Assembly (NCBI GenBank): GCA_051294905.1
Contig: CM119371.1
Location: 16,184,001 to 16,248,000 of the forward strand
From: Botryllus schlosseri
Lineage: Eukaryota
Reading direction: 5' to 3'
DNA length: 64,000 nt
This document shows, piece after piece, positions 28,226 through 40,840 of the stretch; position 1 is the stretch's first letter; each line of letters begins with the position of its first letter. Under the pieces are notes generated by a model. That model was not told the origin of the DNA. It saw only the letters and a list, made by a program, of their open reading frames with translations, and ran no database searches. A program made the position numbers and the translations under genes.

Positions 28226-29135
28226 GTCATCGGCCTTCTCTTTGTTATTGGTTATTCGGTACTGCAGTTTACTGTGTGAAACCAAATGTTGTCGCTATGT
28301 AACACCCATGTTAGGCATAGGCAGATATTACAGGGGCACTGCACTCTAAAAATGATGTGGTCTCAAATTGAAGGGCAAAACGAAATAAAAATTTTGGCCG
28401 CCGCCGTGTTTTGTAGAACGCCACCGTAATGGAGCTGCAATTTATTGAAATATCGATAGCAACTTCACGCTACAGCAGTCATGCAGAGATAGAACTTTAT
28501 ATCGTTGTCAGCCGATGTTATGAAGGAAATATGTCGTACACGCAACGGTGGTTTAGATACCGCGTTCAACGGAAGATGTTCAGTCAGGAGATTTATGTCA
28601 AAATCGGACCTAGTGTATTCTATTTATTTAGGACATAGGGCAGTGGTCGGTAACCTATCAGAGATGAGCATGGATTAGGATTAGGTTTTGAAAAAACAGG
28701 ATTTGTGAAATTCTGTCGGATTTGGATTGGATTTGGATTAGACATTTTTTTCAGAACGGATTAGGATTTGGATTGGATTGAACTATTTTCTGGGAGATTG
28801 AAATGTCGTGTGGCGAATGGCGACCACTTCATTTTTAGAGTGATGTGTCCCTTTAATACATAGCGCGCACCATGGAAAACTGAATGGGATAGAATGGTGA
28901 CTGCGTGACCTGTCAATTAGATACGGTTGAATGACAAGTCATCGTGCAAATTAGCGCAGGCGCGAAACCGTGTTTTGCTCACTATTGCGAGAGCCGCGAG
29001 ACCGCCGAGACCTTGGCATCCAGAAGTTTCGTTTGTTAGCTGTGATCAGATGTACCATTTGACCTACTCTATATATAAATATATTTGTTTTGCAGAACTA
29101 TATTGGTACTTATTTACAGCTATCGGATATTGGAA

Positions 29136-32100
29136 ATGCCTGCGAAGAATTGTGCCGTCCCTGGTTGTAATACTAGTCGAAAAAATAGTAATTCAGCACT
29201 CTTTGTCATTTACAGGGTGGATCTCGCAAAGGACGAACAGGAAAGGCAGCACCGGTCGCAACTACGTTGTTTCATATTGTCCATGCGTGATTCTACGGAT
29301 AAAAGAGATAATATAATCAGTCAGCTTGAAAGAGAATCGTGAGTTGCGGAATTTCTATTCTGTTGTGACAGATTATGAACTGTAAATGGTATGGGAGGTG
29401 TTCCGCCAGATTAGTGCATGCCGCTATGATATCAAAGCTGGATATTTATATGTATTAAGCGCAAACCTGCGACGGATACGTGTTACTGGCATCGTGCAAT
29501 TATTCTTTCATGGACCATTAATTGTGTTTTCAAGAGCCACAATATGTGATCGACATTTCCGGCCAGAAGATATCATAGCGGCAGGTGCTTCTGGGAGACG
29601 TCGGCTGAAGTTGGGAGCCATACCTTGCCTCAATTTGCCTAAAAAGTCCGCATCATTCTCTTCCCCACCAAGGAAAGAGCCAGCTCCCAGAAAAGCTTGT
29701 GCTAAAAAATTATATTATCAAAATGTTGCCCGATTGAAAAAGGACGCATCTCTTATTCAAGGTAGGTGAAATTTAGAATCAAGTTGTACGCTAATTTGTG
29801 ACTTACTTACTGTTCAATAGGTGGCTGGGTAGCATATGAGAGGAAGGGAATGCTCTATCTTGATTTGGAAGAAGATGATCATATTCAACCTAAAATCAGG
29901 TCAGTTTTGGATTTGCTCCTAAGGCCTGCAGGCATCTAGTAATAAATAAATTTACGAAATTCCTGAGCTACTCTCAAATACAGGTTTATAAATAGAGAAC
30001 AGCCCACACTTTTTGCAATGCTGCACATATGGTTGAAACGTATTATAGATTCGATACCAATTTGTATATATCTATCGAAAATGCGACCAGCTTATGCCAA
30101 CCATGATCACTTCTGTCCTATCATTACAGGATAGTGTTTGCCGATGACGCTAGTATGAAATCAATATCCTTTTCCGGATAGCCAGCATCTGTTGCAAGTT
30201 GTCTTGATGTTGACCATCGTTACCAAATGTTGAAGACTACTTTAGGTGAGTCGGACCTTTGTAGGTAAAGAAAATTTACAATTGAAATTTAATTGTGGGT
30301 TCAGATAATTTGCAAAGCCTGAGACTATGTGATGGTATTCATTCAAGTTGTGACAGCAGTGTGAACCGTCATGCTATACTGAGTTGGAATGAAGGCAGTA
30401 TGTCAGTACGAGACATTTTCAGGGCCCCCAGTTGCAATGTCATTGGTAAAATAGCATCCAATTTAAGATGCGTTTTATATTTTGATTATTACCTTGAGAG
30501 CAGTTTCAGGTGGCAGTCCATTCTCGAATTGTATGAAGTGTTTGGAATATCAAAGAGCACAAGGCAGCTGGTTGAACGAAGATGAAGTTGTTCATGGAGT
30601 GGTTTCAGAAGATGATAAGATGATTAGCATAGATGATGAAGTTTATACTGCAGTTATGGTGTGTTCCAAGTCCTATCATCATATTGTTGATGTTGTCAAG
30701 GCTAGAAAAATCAGTTTTATTGAGGAATAGTTAGTGTATCTGAATACATTGTAGCAATTAGTTTACTAAGTAGTCTCACTAACCACTTGTGCCATGATCT
30801 CTTTTGCAGGGTGTTTGTGAACACTCCAAATTGAATGAGTGGCAAAAACTATTTTTCGAAGAACAGAAAAGAAATTCTACACTCACTCCACAAGGAAGAC
30901 GTTTTCACCCGGACGTAATCCGTTGGGCAATCGAGTTCTACTCTAGATCTCCTGCAGCATATGAACATGTCACTGCAAGTGAAGTCCTGACTCTTCCATC
31001 CCGTCGGAGTATCAGACTTTACAGGTAACAATCACTGTTTTTGAGTATCTAGGGATGTGATTTTGTGATCTATTTATTTGAAAGGAATGCCATCACCCCA
31101 CAGCCTGGCATATGTCCCCTTGCAGTGGAAGAACTGCAGCGAGTTATAAAAAACTGGTGTCAGAATGATGGGATATGTTACCTTGGATGAAATGAAGAGT
31201 AAGCTTACACATGTCCGTACCAAGCACTGCTACTTATTCATATCCAATGTGCATTGCGTTGCAGTTAAAGAGAATCTTGTTCTGAAAGATGGAAAATTGG
31301 TTGGGCTGGTTGATGCTGGGTGTGGTGACGATGTGGAGCTGGCAAGTTCTATACTTGGCAAGTATTCCTAATTTGAGCATGTTTTTTTTGCTTATTATGT
31401 ATATTTCTTCAACAGTGTTTTACATTCGCACCATCGATCGTAAGGTTTCCCAACCTTTTGCCAGGTACTGCACAAAATCAATCAAAGCTTGGAAGCTGGC
31501 AAATTTGACATGGCGTGTTATTATGGAATGTGAAGCTAATGGCTTTGAAGTGCATGCTGTTGTTGCTGATGGCCATCCAATGAATCGTAAAATGTTCAAA
31601 ATCATGAGTGGTTGTAAGGAAATCCCGATGGGGAAATTGTTCATGGCACCTAACCCAGCTTCTTCTGATAGGGCCATTTACTTTTTGTCCGATCCTTCCC
31701 ACTTGCTCAAGGTAAGCTGTGTTGTTTGACATTAATTTGTGACTCGTGAATATGTAGATTTGCATTCTCCATAGACTGTTCGAAACTCACTGTACAATTC
31801 ACGGCCAGGTGGGTCCAAATTTCTGTGTTGGAGTGGACAGCATGTCCTATGGACTTATGTTGTGGACCTATTCTATAAGGATGCCGGTTCACTTTTGAGT
31901 GAATCAGGTCTCACACAGTCTCATATTAACTTGACACCTTACACCAAGGTTAGTTTACTTTAGGCTAACATCATGAAACAATATATTTTGGATATGGCTT
32001 ATGGTCTATTGTCATTCAGATGAAAGTAGATCTCGCCAGAGGAGTTCTGAATTGGAAAGTGGGAAATTGCCTCTCGAAGATCACCGGAGCTGAAGGAACT

Positions 32101-32779
32101 TCGAAATTCATACTTCTTTTTTCCAAGTAAATTTCTTAATTTTATTTTTATTTTTGATTAATTTTGACTCTTTGCAGGTGGTTTGAGATCATCAATTGTG
32201 GCTATAAATGTCCAATAAGAAAAAACGATGAACGTTTGACATGGCTTCAGAAGGACTTTGTGAAATCGCTGATGGATTGGGAAGTAAGCAAGCTAAGTCT
32301 TGGTGAATTGTGAGCAGATTCATTCAAGTTTGCTGCATGTTTTAAGAAAGATGTATCCAAGCATCATAGAGGCGAGAGAAAAAGGATAATCGCTCGTCCA
32401 ACTCTTGAGGGACTCATTTTCACGTCGGTCAATTTGGTCAAATTGGCTGAAGTATTTCTGGAAGTGATGCCTCGTGTATGGCTCAAGTCATTTACTCAAG
32501 ATATTCTTGAAGCGTGTTTCGGAAATCTGGTCTGTGTTAATTGTACAGCTTGTGGCATAATTTGATCGCTAATGCGTTCTCACCTAACAGAGAATGCAAG
32601 CATATAGATCACGGCATCCTGATGCTTCGCAGGCATACTATGGGCTCCAACACCAGGTTCAGCGCAAGTCCATCAAGAAAATCAAAGGGTCCAATGCCGG
32701 TTCCTCCTCCACGCATGGCGCTAATAATGTTTGGACTACCATCTATGAAGAACCCATTGTCAAGAAGAAGAAAGTGTAA
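29136..32779 (+). pseudogene. THAP-domain P-element transposase, ~15 coding exons, disrupted in this copy
   Basis: Exons 29136-29338, 29535-29761, 29821-29899, 30130-30245, 30305-30445, ~30510-30700 (ends uncertain), 30810-31024, 31085-31198, 31265-31357, 31416-31711, 31775-31948, 32020-32126, 32178-32283, 32347-32529, 32591-32779. THAP C2CH motif (CAVPGC...CDRHF...GAIP); SPAAY...LPS; catalytic LDEMK, VADG and QDILE motifs; DPSHLLKTVRN; KMKVDLA. In-frame TAG at 30179-30181 and a +1 frameshift in the A6 run at 31148-31153. Confidence 0.9.
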
Positions 32780-34033
32780 TTCATAATCATTTCACAACAA
32801 GGTGAGATAGTTAGAGAACCCTTGATACAATTTCCTAAATTCTGATATGCATGGAAAAGGAAATTCCTCACTGTAACCAATCCTGATGTCCATCGAGGTT
32901 ATATTATTGTATAACTAATCAATTTTAGACCAAGGATTACCGCAGTGGATGCGATAGATGATCATCATGGAAGCTGTCCATCAAGGTTATATTATTTTTC
33001 CACCTTCACCATATGTCAATGAAACTGTAACCACTGCACTCTATGGTAGGAATAGCATTGTTTTATACTTTTGTGCTTGGAGTTTCGGCGACATGTTGTA
33101 AACCTGTGTATACAGGATGGTTCTAACATTTGAGCGGTGCTATTACTAAGTAACGATTGAGGTTCAGCTAGAGACTGAAGCAATTTCACTCAGGCCAACG
33201 TTGCATCAATTGTTCCACTTGTCCATCGTATGCTGCCGTATGTTATTTTTCAGATGAAGATGACCAGCCACATGACGCCGCGGACCATGCAAGGAGATTA
33301 CAAAATATGAACCATGCCAGGAAATCACAAAATCTGAAGAAAAATCGAAAACTGTCACTGACACACAACCCATTTGCTGGATATGAAAGGGTCATCGCGA
33401 CCCGGAGATCTTTCATTTTAACCGGGTTTATACTTTGGTCTCCGTGGTGCCTTCATGCACCAATCTGCTTGTACCAGTTGTGCCCCGGACAGCTCTGCAT
33501 AACTGGCTAACATCTAGCGAATGGATGATAAATCGTCAATATACTTGATAATTTGTCAATATACAATACCACACATGATGACTGTTGCAAGTTGCTTATT
33601 TATTGCTCAGATGAGAAATGAAAGGATTGCATGCCTAGAAGTCAACAATGCTTCTGGTGTGGTATATATAGTATTGTACCCTACACCTTAATGTGGTAGA
33701 GGTTTGTTAATATTCGCATCGTCATTGAACCGTCATTCTTGTAATAACGTTTCTTGTTGGACCCTGCGATCACATACTTGTTGCAATGAGATGTCGATCC
33801 TTAGCAGCGCAGGTCTGAAAAATATAGCAGATTATCAACTAAAGAGGACACTGGCGGTGTGTTCAACTAAATCACAATGTACTGCAAGGACATTGTCTCG
33901 TCCAGATTCACTAAAATCTACATTGTAAGTTATATGCAATGTTCCCTCTAAGCTGCACAAGTGTGCAAATGCGCAGACGATTGGTTATATGCCATCAATT
34001 TTGAAATTGCAAACATTGTAAAACACTTTCAGA

Positions 34034-34910
34034 TTAAGGTTTTCCCTTCAAATCACCACGTGTACCCTGGCTTCCTTTATTTGACTCTCTTCCTTTCCGA
34101 AGCTTGTTAACTAGCTTCTTTGTGAAGGAGTGACCCAACACTGTAAGAAATAAGCCAATGACATAGTCTATCACTAGTTTGGAATGGACTCTGTTGATGC
34201 TACTTCTGAAGTTGAATACGTATGAACTTTTGACAACTCTGTCCTGCAAAATTGAAAAGTTCATTAACTTTGAGGATTTGCTGCATTCCCTCGTAAACTC
34301 TCCTAAGAAGAAAGAGCAGTTCTGAGCTTGGATATACAAGCGCCCCAGCCTTGCGCTCCATCAGGGGGATTAACTTGCCAGTGTTATTTATAAGATATTC
34401 AAGCAAAGATCGGTCTAACTGGTCATTAAATTTTCGAATTGCCTTTCTCAAAGTAAAACCAGCCATGTATTCTAAAATATCGCTCTCCCTTTCAGAAATA
34501 CTGGCAGAGACCAATGACTCCGACTGGGGTGGATTCATTCCATTATCAATTATTTTTTCCATGAGCTCGAGTAAAAATTTGGCAGAGGAAAGCCTGTCGT
34601 TTGATTTTGTAAATAATATTGGATCACCGCAAACCTTACTGTAACTCATCACAATATCATCTGGATTTCTAGTGTAATTCATACTGGTAATCCATCCCAT
34701 AGCTAGTTTAATACCTTTTTCAGATAGTTCTGGTGGGTCTTTGAACTCCAATGAGCGCAGCAATGGTTCAAGATCCACTGGTTGCTGAATAATATTTGAA
34801 ACAGATATGGTGTCCATGCTTTCATCAAAGTCGTTGAAGAGAAGTTCATGGACAATTTCCGGGGGAATATCGTACCATTCTTCAACAACGTCACTAACTT
34901 GCGAGGCCAT
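34034..34910 (-). CDS. Second, antisense P-element gene resembling the P-transposase C-terminal domain; frameshifted near 34255
   Basis: 236-aa ORF with ESDILEYMAGFTLRK and GALVYPS motifs; an overlapping frame continues SILQDRVV...VIGLFLTVLGHSFTKKL...TRGDLK to the stop at 34034; lies wholly inside the TIRs. Confidence 0.7.
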
Positions 34911-35084
34911 AATTTCAATAGAGATACAGTATAAATGAGTAAGCCGTGTACCTGATGAAATTAAAATAATAATAATACAGCACTACAGACACTACAGTCG
35001 ATGTCCAACTTAATCACAACTGTATACTACATGAAAAGTAATCTAGACAAGCTACGATAATAATAACACTTATGTGCAACTGAT

Positions 35085-35162
35085 AAATCGCTTCTCAAAA
35101 GATTTGGTGTTCTAAACTTAGAAGATATGAGGAATCTAGAAATTGCCAAGTTTATGTATTAA
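35085..35162 (+). mobile_element. Small LINE ORF2 C-terminal fragment inside the P element
   Basis: KSLLKRFGVLNLEDMRNLEIAKFMY resembles the LFxxLxILxLxDxxxLxIAKFMY motif of L2/CR1-group RT proteins. Confidence 0.5.
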
Positions 35163-36085
35163 CCCGCTACGTGTGCTTACGTTAGCCGGAGCATCACGGC
35201 AAACAACCGAAACATTCTGGCTGCGATGACTTGTCATTCAACCGTATCTGATTGACAGGCCACGCAGTTACCGTTCTATCCCATTCAGTTTTCCATGGCG
35301 CGCACACTGTATGACATTTTCTTATTATGGCTTGACTATATAGTCTCGTGCTTTTGCCTCGTGCAAGAGACTCAATTCATAAAACACATTAGTAAGCGCG
35401 AACTTACAGAGTGTATGCATCAGATCAAATGCGCTTTTTGTTTAGTTAAGTTTGTAGGCTTCTTCACTTTCTGCGTTTGTGGTCAGCAGCGTGGGAGTCT
35501 GGTTGATGGACTTTATCATAATGTTTCGAATTCTCGGTATGATTTTGCGGTATTGCGATCTCGTGATGTTCGATCTGATGAATTTAAAAGTGAATTGAAA
35601 CAAACGGTGCGCACTAGCTACATAGGTAAATGGATAGAAAAACCCGTCGGTCCGTTAGTTGGCCGCTGATTTCCAACATTTCAGTCCAATTTCCACGTAC
35701 ATTTAACCAAACTTAACAAAAAAGATGACATTTAGGCGTCCTCCGAGGAATCTTTCAAATAAGTCAAAAACGATGACGTGTGGTAACCCTAAAGTTTAAT
35801 GTCTGTTGGTTTAATTGGAAGAAGGCGACTAGTCATAAAGAAGCAGTACTTAGATGTTGACTACGGATGGGAAATGTGTATGCTTCACTCCTTGTTAGCA
35901 GCTCTAATGTAGCATGCCGCACGCATGCACTTGACTTATATCTTAATTATCCAGTAGCAACTATGCAATACCTACCAACACTTTTACACACATTCTGTAG
36001 CTAGCGAATTGTTTTCAGAATTGCTACGTTGCATGGTGGACCTCTCGATGGCCACATCAACAATGGTAATGTCACATGTCTGCAG

Positions 36086-37995
36086 CAGACATGGGGTAAT
36101 CGCGATTAGTAATCGTAATCGATTACGACGATTACAGCATTTTCAAGTAATCGTAATCGCAATCGATTACATTCGAAAAAATTCCGAAGTAATCGTAATC
36201 GTAATCGACTACTTCCCATATCTAATCGATTTCTTTGTGAAAGAGCGATTACTTTTTATTTGTACAATGACTATGACATAAACTCAACATTTGGATTTGA
36301 ATAAAATAGTATTTACGGTGAGCACAACTAAAATAAATAAACAAAGAATCGGTCACCGTAAATACTATTTTATTCAAATCCAAATTTTTCGACGGCAATA
36401 ACTCCGCTTCTACTGGGTGGAATTGAACCAAATTTGGTGAGCATCGTTTCTATAGACAGCCTAACACTTTCATGTGGTGAACAGAAAAATTTCAAATTTT
36501 TTATTATTTATTTTTGTATAATAAATAGAAACTTACTTCTCCTGTAGCAAAGCGGTTACTGGCTGGAATTGAACCAAATTTTGTGTGTAGGCTTAAATTA
36601 GGTAACCTAACAATTTTATCAAGAAGCCAGTACGATTTGAGAAAAAAAAGTCATTTTTGAAGAGCCCTAACGTACATACACCGGGCAAAGAATTGAAATT
36701 TTGTACTCGCCAAATAAAACATTACGATTTCCACAACGAAGCAATAAAATCGACAGATGCTGATATATATCATAACCGAACCGTTCTTTGCCGTTTATCG
36801 TAACGGCAGCTTGCAGTATCTGTGTTTAGTAGATGGAAGAATTTTATGTTCACTTTATCTTATTCTGATATGACTCTATACTTTAAACGGCGTCAATCGT
36901 TTTCTCGCAATTCGCAATTCGCAATTCCTGCCGCCATAGCCATCCGTTTATATGCCATGTTAGCGTGGGTTGTAGCAAGAATGAGGACCCTAACAGCAAT
37001 TCGTCCCGCACTCCAAACGTTGGTCTTGGGTCCTAATAAGGTTGTTACTTTTCATGTTGAAGACTGAATTATCGTCAATAATATTAGTAATTGCATTATA
37101 TTACTATTCATTTTTAATCCTGTCTCGGCCCGCGATAGTCAGATTTACCTGTGGGGGTGAGGGCACGTAATTCATAATTATAACATCTGGTATGTTGTGG
37201 TATTTACTTTATTGTATGCTGTTAATTCGTGGCCTCTGGTCTTTTATATAATCAAAAGATATTGTAGTCACCCAAACGTAGCAGACGAAAAGAAAAGCTA
37301 AAATGCTAAAAGTTTTGGCCAAGGTCTTGCTTTAGTAATTCACTTCTTGGATTCGCATGTTGGCCGAAACTGCATTTGTCTTTTGGTATGTCGTGGCGCA
37401 GTAGTAACCGGCACCGAAATGTCTATTCCTGTAAATTATGCATACTTTTTTCATGGGGGTGAGAGGTATGCATTTCAAAATCAAGCCATCGAGAGACATC
37501 TAAATCGCGAAGCCCGAAAAAAATTTCAAGTTAATCAAATCTCACGAAAATACTCTACAATTTATGTTGGTTTTACCAAATCCTTTCGATTCCCATTCGA
37601 GCGCCCTCACCACCCTATTGGGGAGTTTAGGGTGCGGCAGTTACGTCCTGGCAAGAATGCAAATCATTGGATGCGATAAACCGTCCCCTTTAAAATTGGG
37701 CAATGGGTACATTATGACGTAACAAGCAAATGGCGCATCATTTATTGAGAAAGTTGTTGTTATCTCATAAGGCGTTTTCAATGCAATCCTTATGTTGTCT
37801 TCAATATATCTTCTAAGATTAGTTCTGAGAAGCCAAATAAATGTAATCGTGAGTAATCGTGATTACTTTTCCAATGTAATCGTAATCGTAATCGACTACT
37901 TCCTGATTTTGCTGTAATCGTAATCGTAATCGCGTGATTCAGCAGTAATCGTAATCGCAATCGATTACATTCATGAAGTAATCACCCCATGTCTG
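36086..37995. mobile_element. hAT-like element with GTAATC subterminal arrays (CAGACATGGGG...CCCCATGTCTG)
   Basis: TIRs; perfect TSD gtctgcag; empty site at ~51021-51028. Confidence 0.9.
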
Positions 37996-38065
37996 GTCTG
38001 CAGTGCTACCAACGGAAATAGTTGCAAACCAAAACAGCACAATAATTTAATAATCATCCCCGGTA

Positions 38066-38289
38066 TTGCAAGGTTCTTATATCATAAAGCGCATGACGAA
38101 AAATTGTGATGTAGACACCATTGTCAGAATGAAGCAACACGCGATGTGTCACCAGCAGTGTACGCACAACTTCAGTGTTGTCAGCGAACAACTGCTGCTG
38201 CTGAACGTTCTTTCTCCATACTTGGCCAGTTACTTGGTAAGGACAGACACTTTCCACACAAGAATGTAGGAAAGTATCTTTCGTTTTAC
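38066..38289 (+). pseudogene. hAT transposase C-terminal remnant (duplicate at ~51091-51335)
   Basis: QLQCCQRTTAAAERSFSILGQLLGKDRHF; same subfamily pattern as 20497-20865. Confidence 0.65.
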
Positions 38290-40840
38290 CAGCAAAGGTC
38301 GACTAAACGCATATGACGTTAACCGAGTTCAGCTGTAGATACGATTGTTACATCACACCTTAGGGGCACAGAGCTATTGTGCCCCGGTTGCTCGGTAATT
38401 TTATGAATAGGAGAGACTAAATCACCGTTTCTTTATTGGGCGCGGCTTTGTGAGAATAGACAGTGAAAGCTTGTCATGAGCGCTACCGGGGCATGCCCCA
38501 ACTAGGCATTCGCAAAGCTAAAACACAGAAGAGAATTCGATTTTCCCAGATACTTCGCTATATATGGGCATTTACAAGCGAAAGGACAAGAAAAATACGG
38601 TTTTCGCTGTGATTTCGGTATATATAGATTGGTGTGCGTCTATAAATGGTAAAGAATTGTTATTGAAGAGAATTTTTGGTGGGGCAATGCCCCAGTTGCC
38701 CTATAGGACGAGCCGCCACTGGCTCCATTACGGTGGCGTTCGAAAGAAAACGGCTGCGGCCAAATTTTATATTGCGTTTTGCCCTTCAATTTGAGACCAC
38801 CCCTTTAAGGACACTATTGACTATGGAGAATAACAGGCACACAAAACATATCGCCGATGTGGAATTCAAGTAGCTTGTGTTCATTTTACAGATTTTATTC
38901 CAGGCCATGATTAACTATGAAACAATGTGATAAACATAAACATGGCAAGATATGACAGCAAACAAAACGTTGATTTTCCACTTCATTGAAAAAATTGATC
39001 GCAAAATTTGAAAAATGGACGCAACCTAAAGTACTTTTGACTTCACCGCGATGACATATGCAGCGGTGCAAGAACAGAAATATCCCACTTGATATTTGCA
39101 ATGGCAATGACCACACCATTCTCATACATAGGTACAACACAACGGGCAAGTATGTGTGGTCACAAATAGTATTGCACAAAGACTGATGTCAAGTGCATTT
39201 ACAATGACACCGATTTCAGTATAACTGAAGAATCAACATATCATGGCAGCATAGTCAGTTTACATAGTGTAATAGATCTCGAGATTCAAACACTGCCCTC
39301 ATCTGCTAGTTTTCGTCATGGAGGAGCGTGACGCGCCTACGTCGACAGTGCAGTGGATAATGAATAGGATTGGAACTAGGATTGCATTTAAAAAAGAAAT
39401 CAATTTAAAACAAACATGCTTAAAACAAGGCCCTTGCTTAAAACATTGTTTGTTTTTCTGTATTTTTGAAGCCATGACGTCACAAATAATGAATTGTGAC
39501 ATCATAGTGGATTGGCATTGACCAATGAAAATATAGGGAAAATATAGTTCCTTTGACGAAATATCTATGTACTACTTTGAGGGTTACAAATACAACCATT
39601 CCATGTCGTATGCGTCGGCTGTATCAGGTGGTAATTGTCCGCAGGCTCATGCAACATGTTTCTTGGAAAGTACTTACATAGTTATGGCATAATTTTACAA
39701 CTTGAAAAAAAAAATTGAAAAAGGCCTTTGCTCAAAACACTGTTTACAACATGTTTTAAACACATTGTTTTAAACAACTATTTGTTTTAAATGCAACCTT
39801 AATTGGAACCATATCACTTTACAAAACTGCATTAGTACACTAGGGGTGTTAAAAATGACGTTTTTTTCTCAAATTGTAATGGCTACTTGATAAAATTGTC
39901 AGGTTACGTAATTAAAGCCTACACAGCAAACTTGGTTCAATTCCAACCAAAAGGCGCATTGCTACAAGAGAAGAACTATTCATTTATTATGTAAAAATAA
40001 ATAAATACATTTTCAAAATTTTCTGCTAACCCCGTAAAATTGTTAGTTTGTGAATAGAAGCGATGCTCATCAAATTTGGTCTAATTCCGAAGCGGAGTAA
40101 TTGAAGTTGAAAAATTTGGATTTGAATAAAATAGCATCTTCGGTGGCAAATTCTTTAATTACCTTTATTATAGTATCGCCCTCGGTAAATACTATTTTAT
40201 TCAAATCCAAATTCAAAACAGTGTTTAAAACGAAGTCCTTTTTAAAAAAGAAATACATTTTTTTGGTAAAGATGTAAAATTATTCTCTAATTGTGTAAAT
40301 ACTCTCCCAACAAACATGTTGTGTAGCCTGCGGACAGTTACCACCTGATATAACCGAAGCCGACGCAAACGATATGGGATGGTTGAAACCCTCGAAATAG
40401 ACGGTTAAACAGCTACAGTAAGTAGATATTTTGACAAAGGAGCTATATTTACCCTACATTTTCATTGATCAATGCCAATGGGGTTAACAGAGAATTTTGA
40501 ATTTTTTCATTTATTTTCATGCAAATAAAAAACTTTCTCCTCCTCAAGCAATGCGGCTGCTGGTTGGAATTGAACCAAATTGGATGTGCAGTGCTGCCTT
40601 TAATTAGGTAACCTAACAATTTTATCAAGCAGCCAGCACAATTTGAAAGGTAAAGTCATTTTTGTACCTACTGTACAGTGTACACGTCTTATTGCAGTGT
40701 GACACAAGAATAGACATGACAACAATACACATTTCATGAACATTATGGCAATGTTGTGGCAGCATTATTGCATGGCCAATGGCCATACTGCAAATGAAGT
40801 GTTAAAATAATACATGATTAAAGCACCGGGGACAACGCCA

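Larger units (their letters stand above)
28871..35297 (+). mobile_element. Full-length P-superfamily DNA transposon (6427 bp)
   Basis: 74-bp TIRs starting CATGGAAAACTGAATGGGATAG (28871-28944 and 35224-35297, 4 mismatches); 8-bp TSD gcgcgcac; empty site at 50240-50247; encodes a THAP-domain transposase. Confidence 0.95.
26430..38289 (+). repeat. Local direct duplication, copy 1 (partner 46011-51317)
   Basis: Near-identical sequence from TAATGAGGAAGTTTACAG to TATCTTTCGTTTTAC once copy-specific insertions and deletions are removed. Confidence 0.95.

Noticed and set aside
35295..35669. 124-aa ORF and its duplicate (50305-50613), plus other repeated short ORFs (47707, 48814, 26921, 46481)
   Set aside because: Their recurrence is explained by repeats or the duplication; the 35295 ATG is created by the P-element TIR; no domain similarity.
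36095..36225. GTAATC and GGATTT arrays as CRISPR-like or telomere-like repeats
   Set aside because: No repeat-spacer periodicity; they are subterminal motifs inside TIR/TSD-bounded elements in a eukaryotic context.
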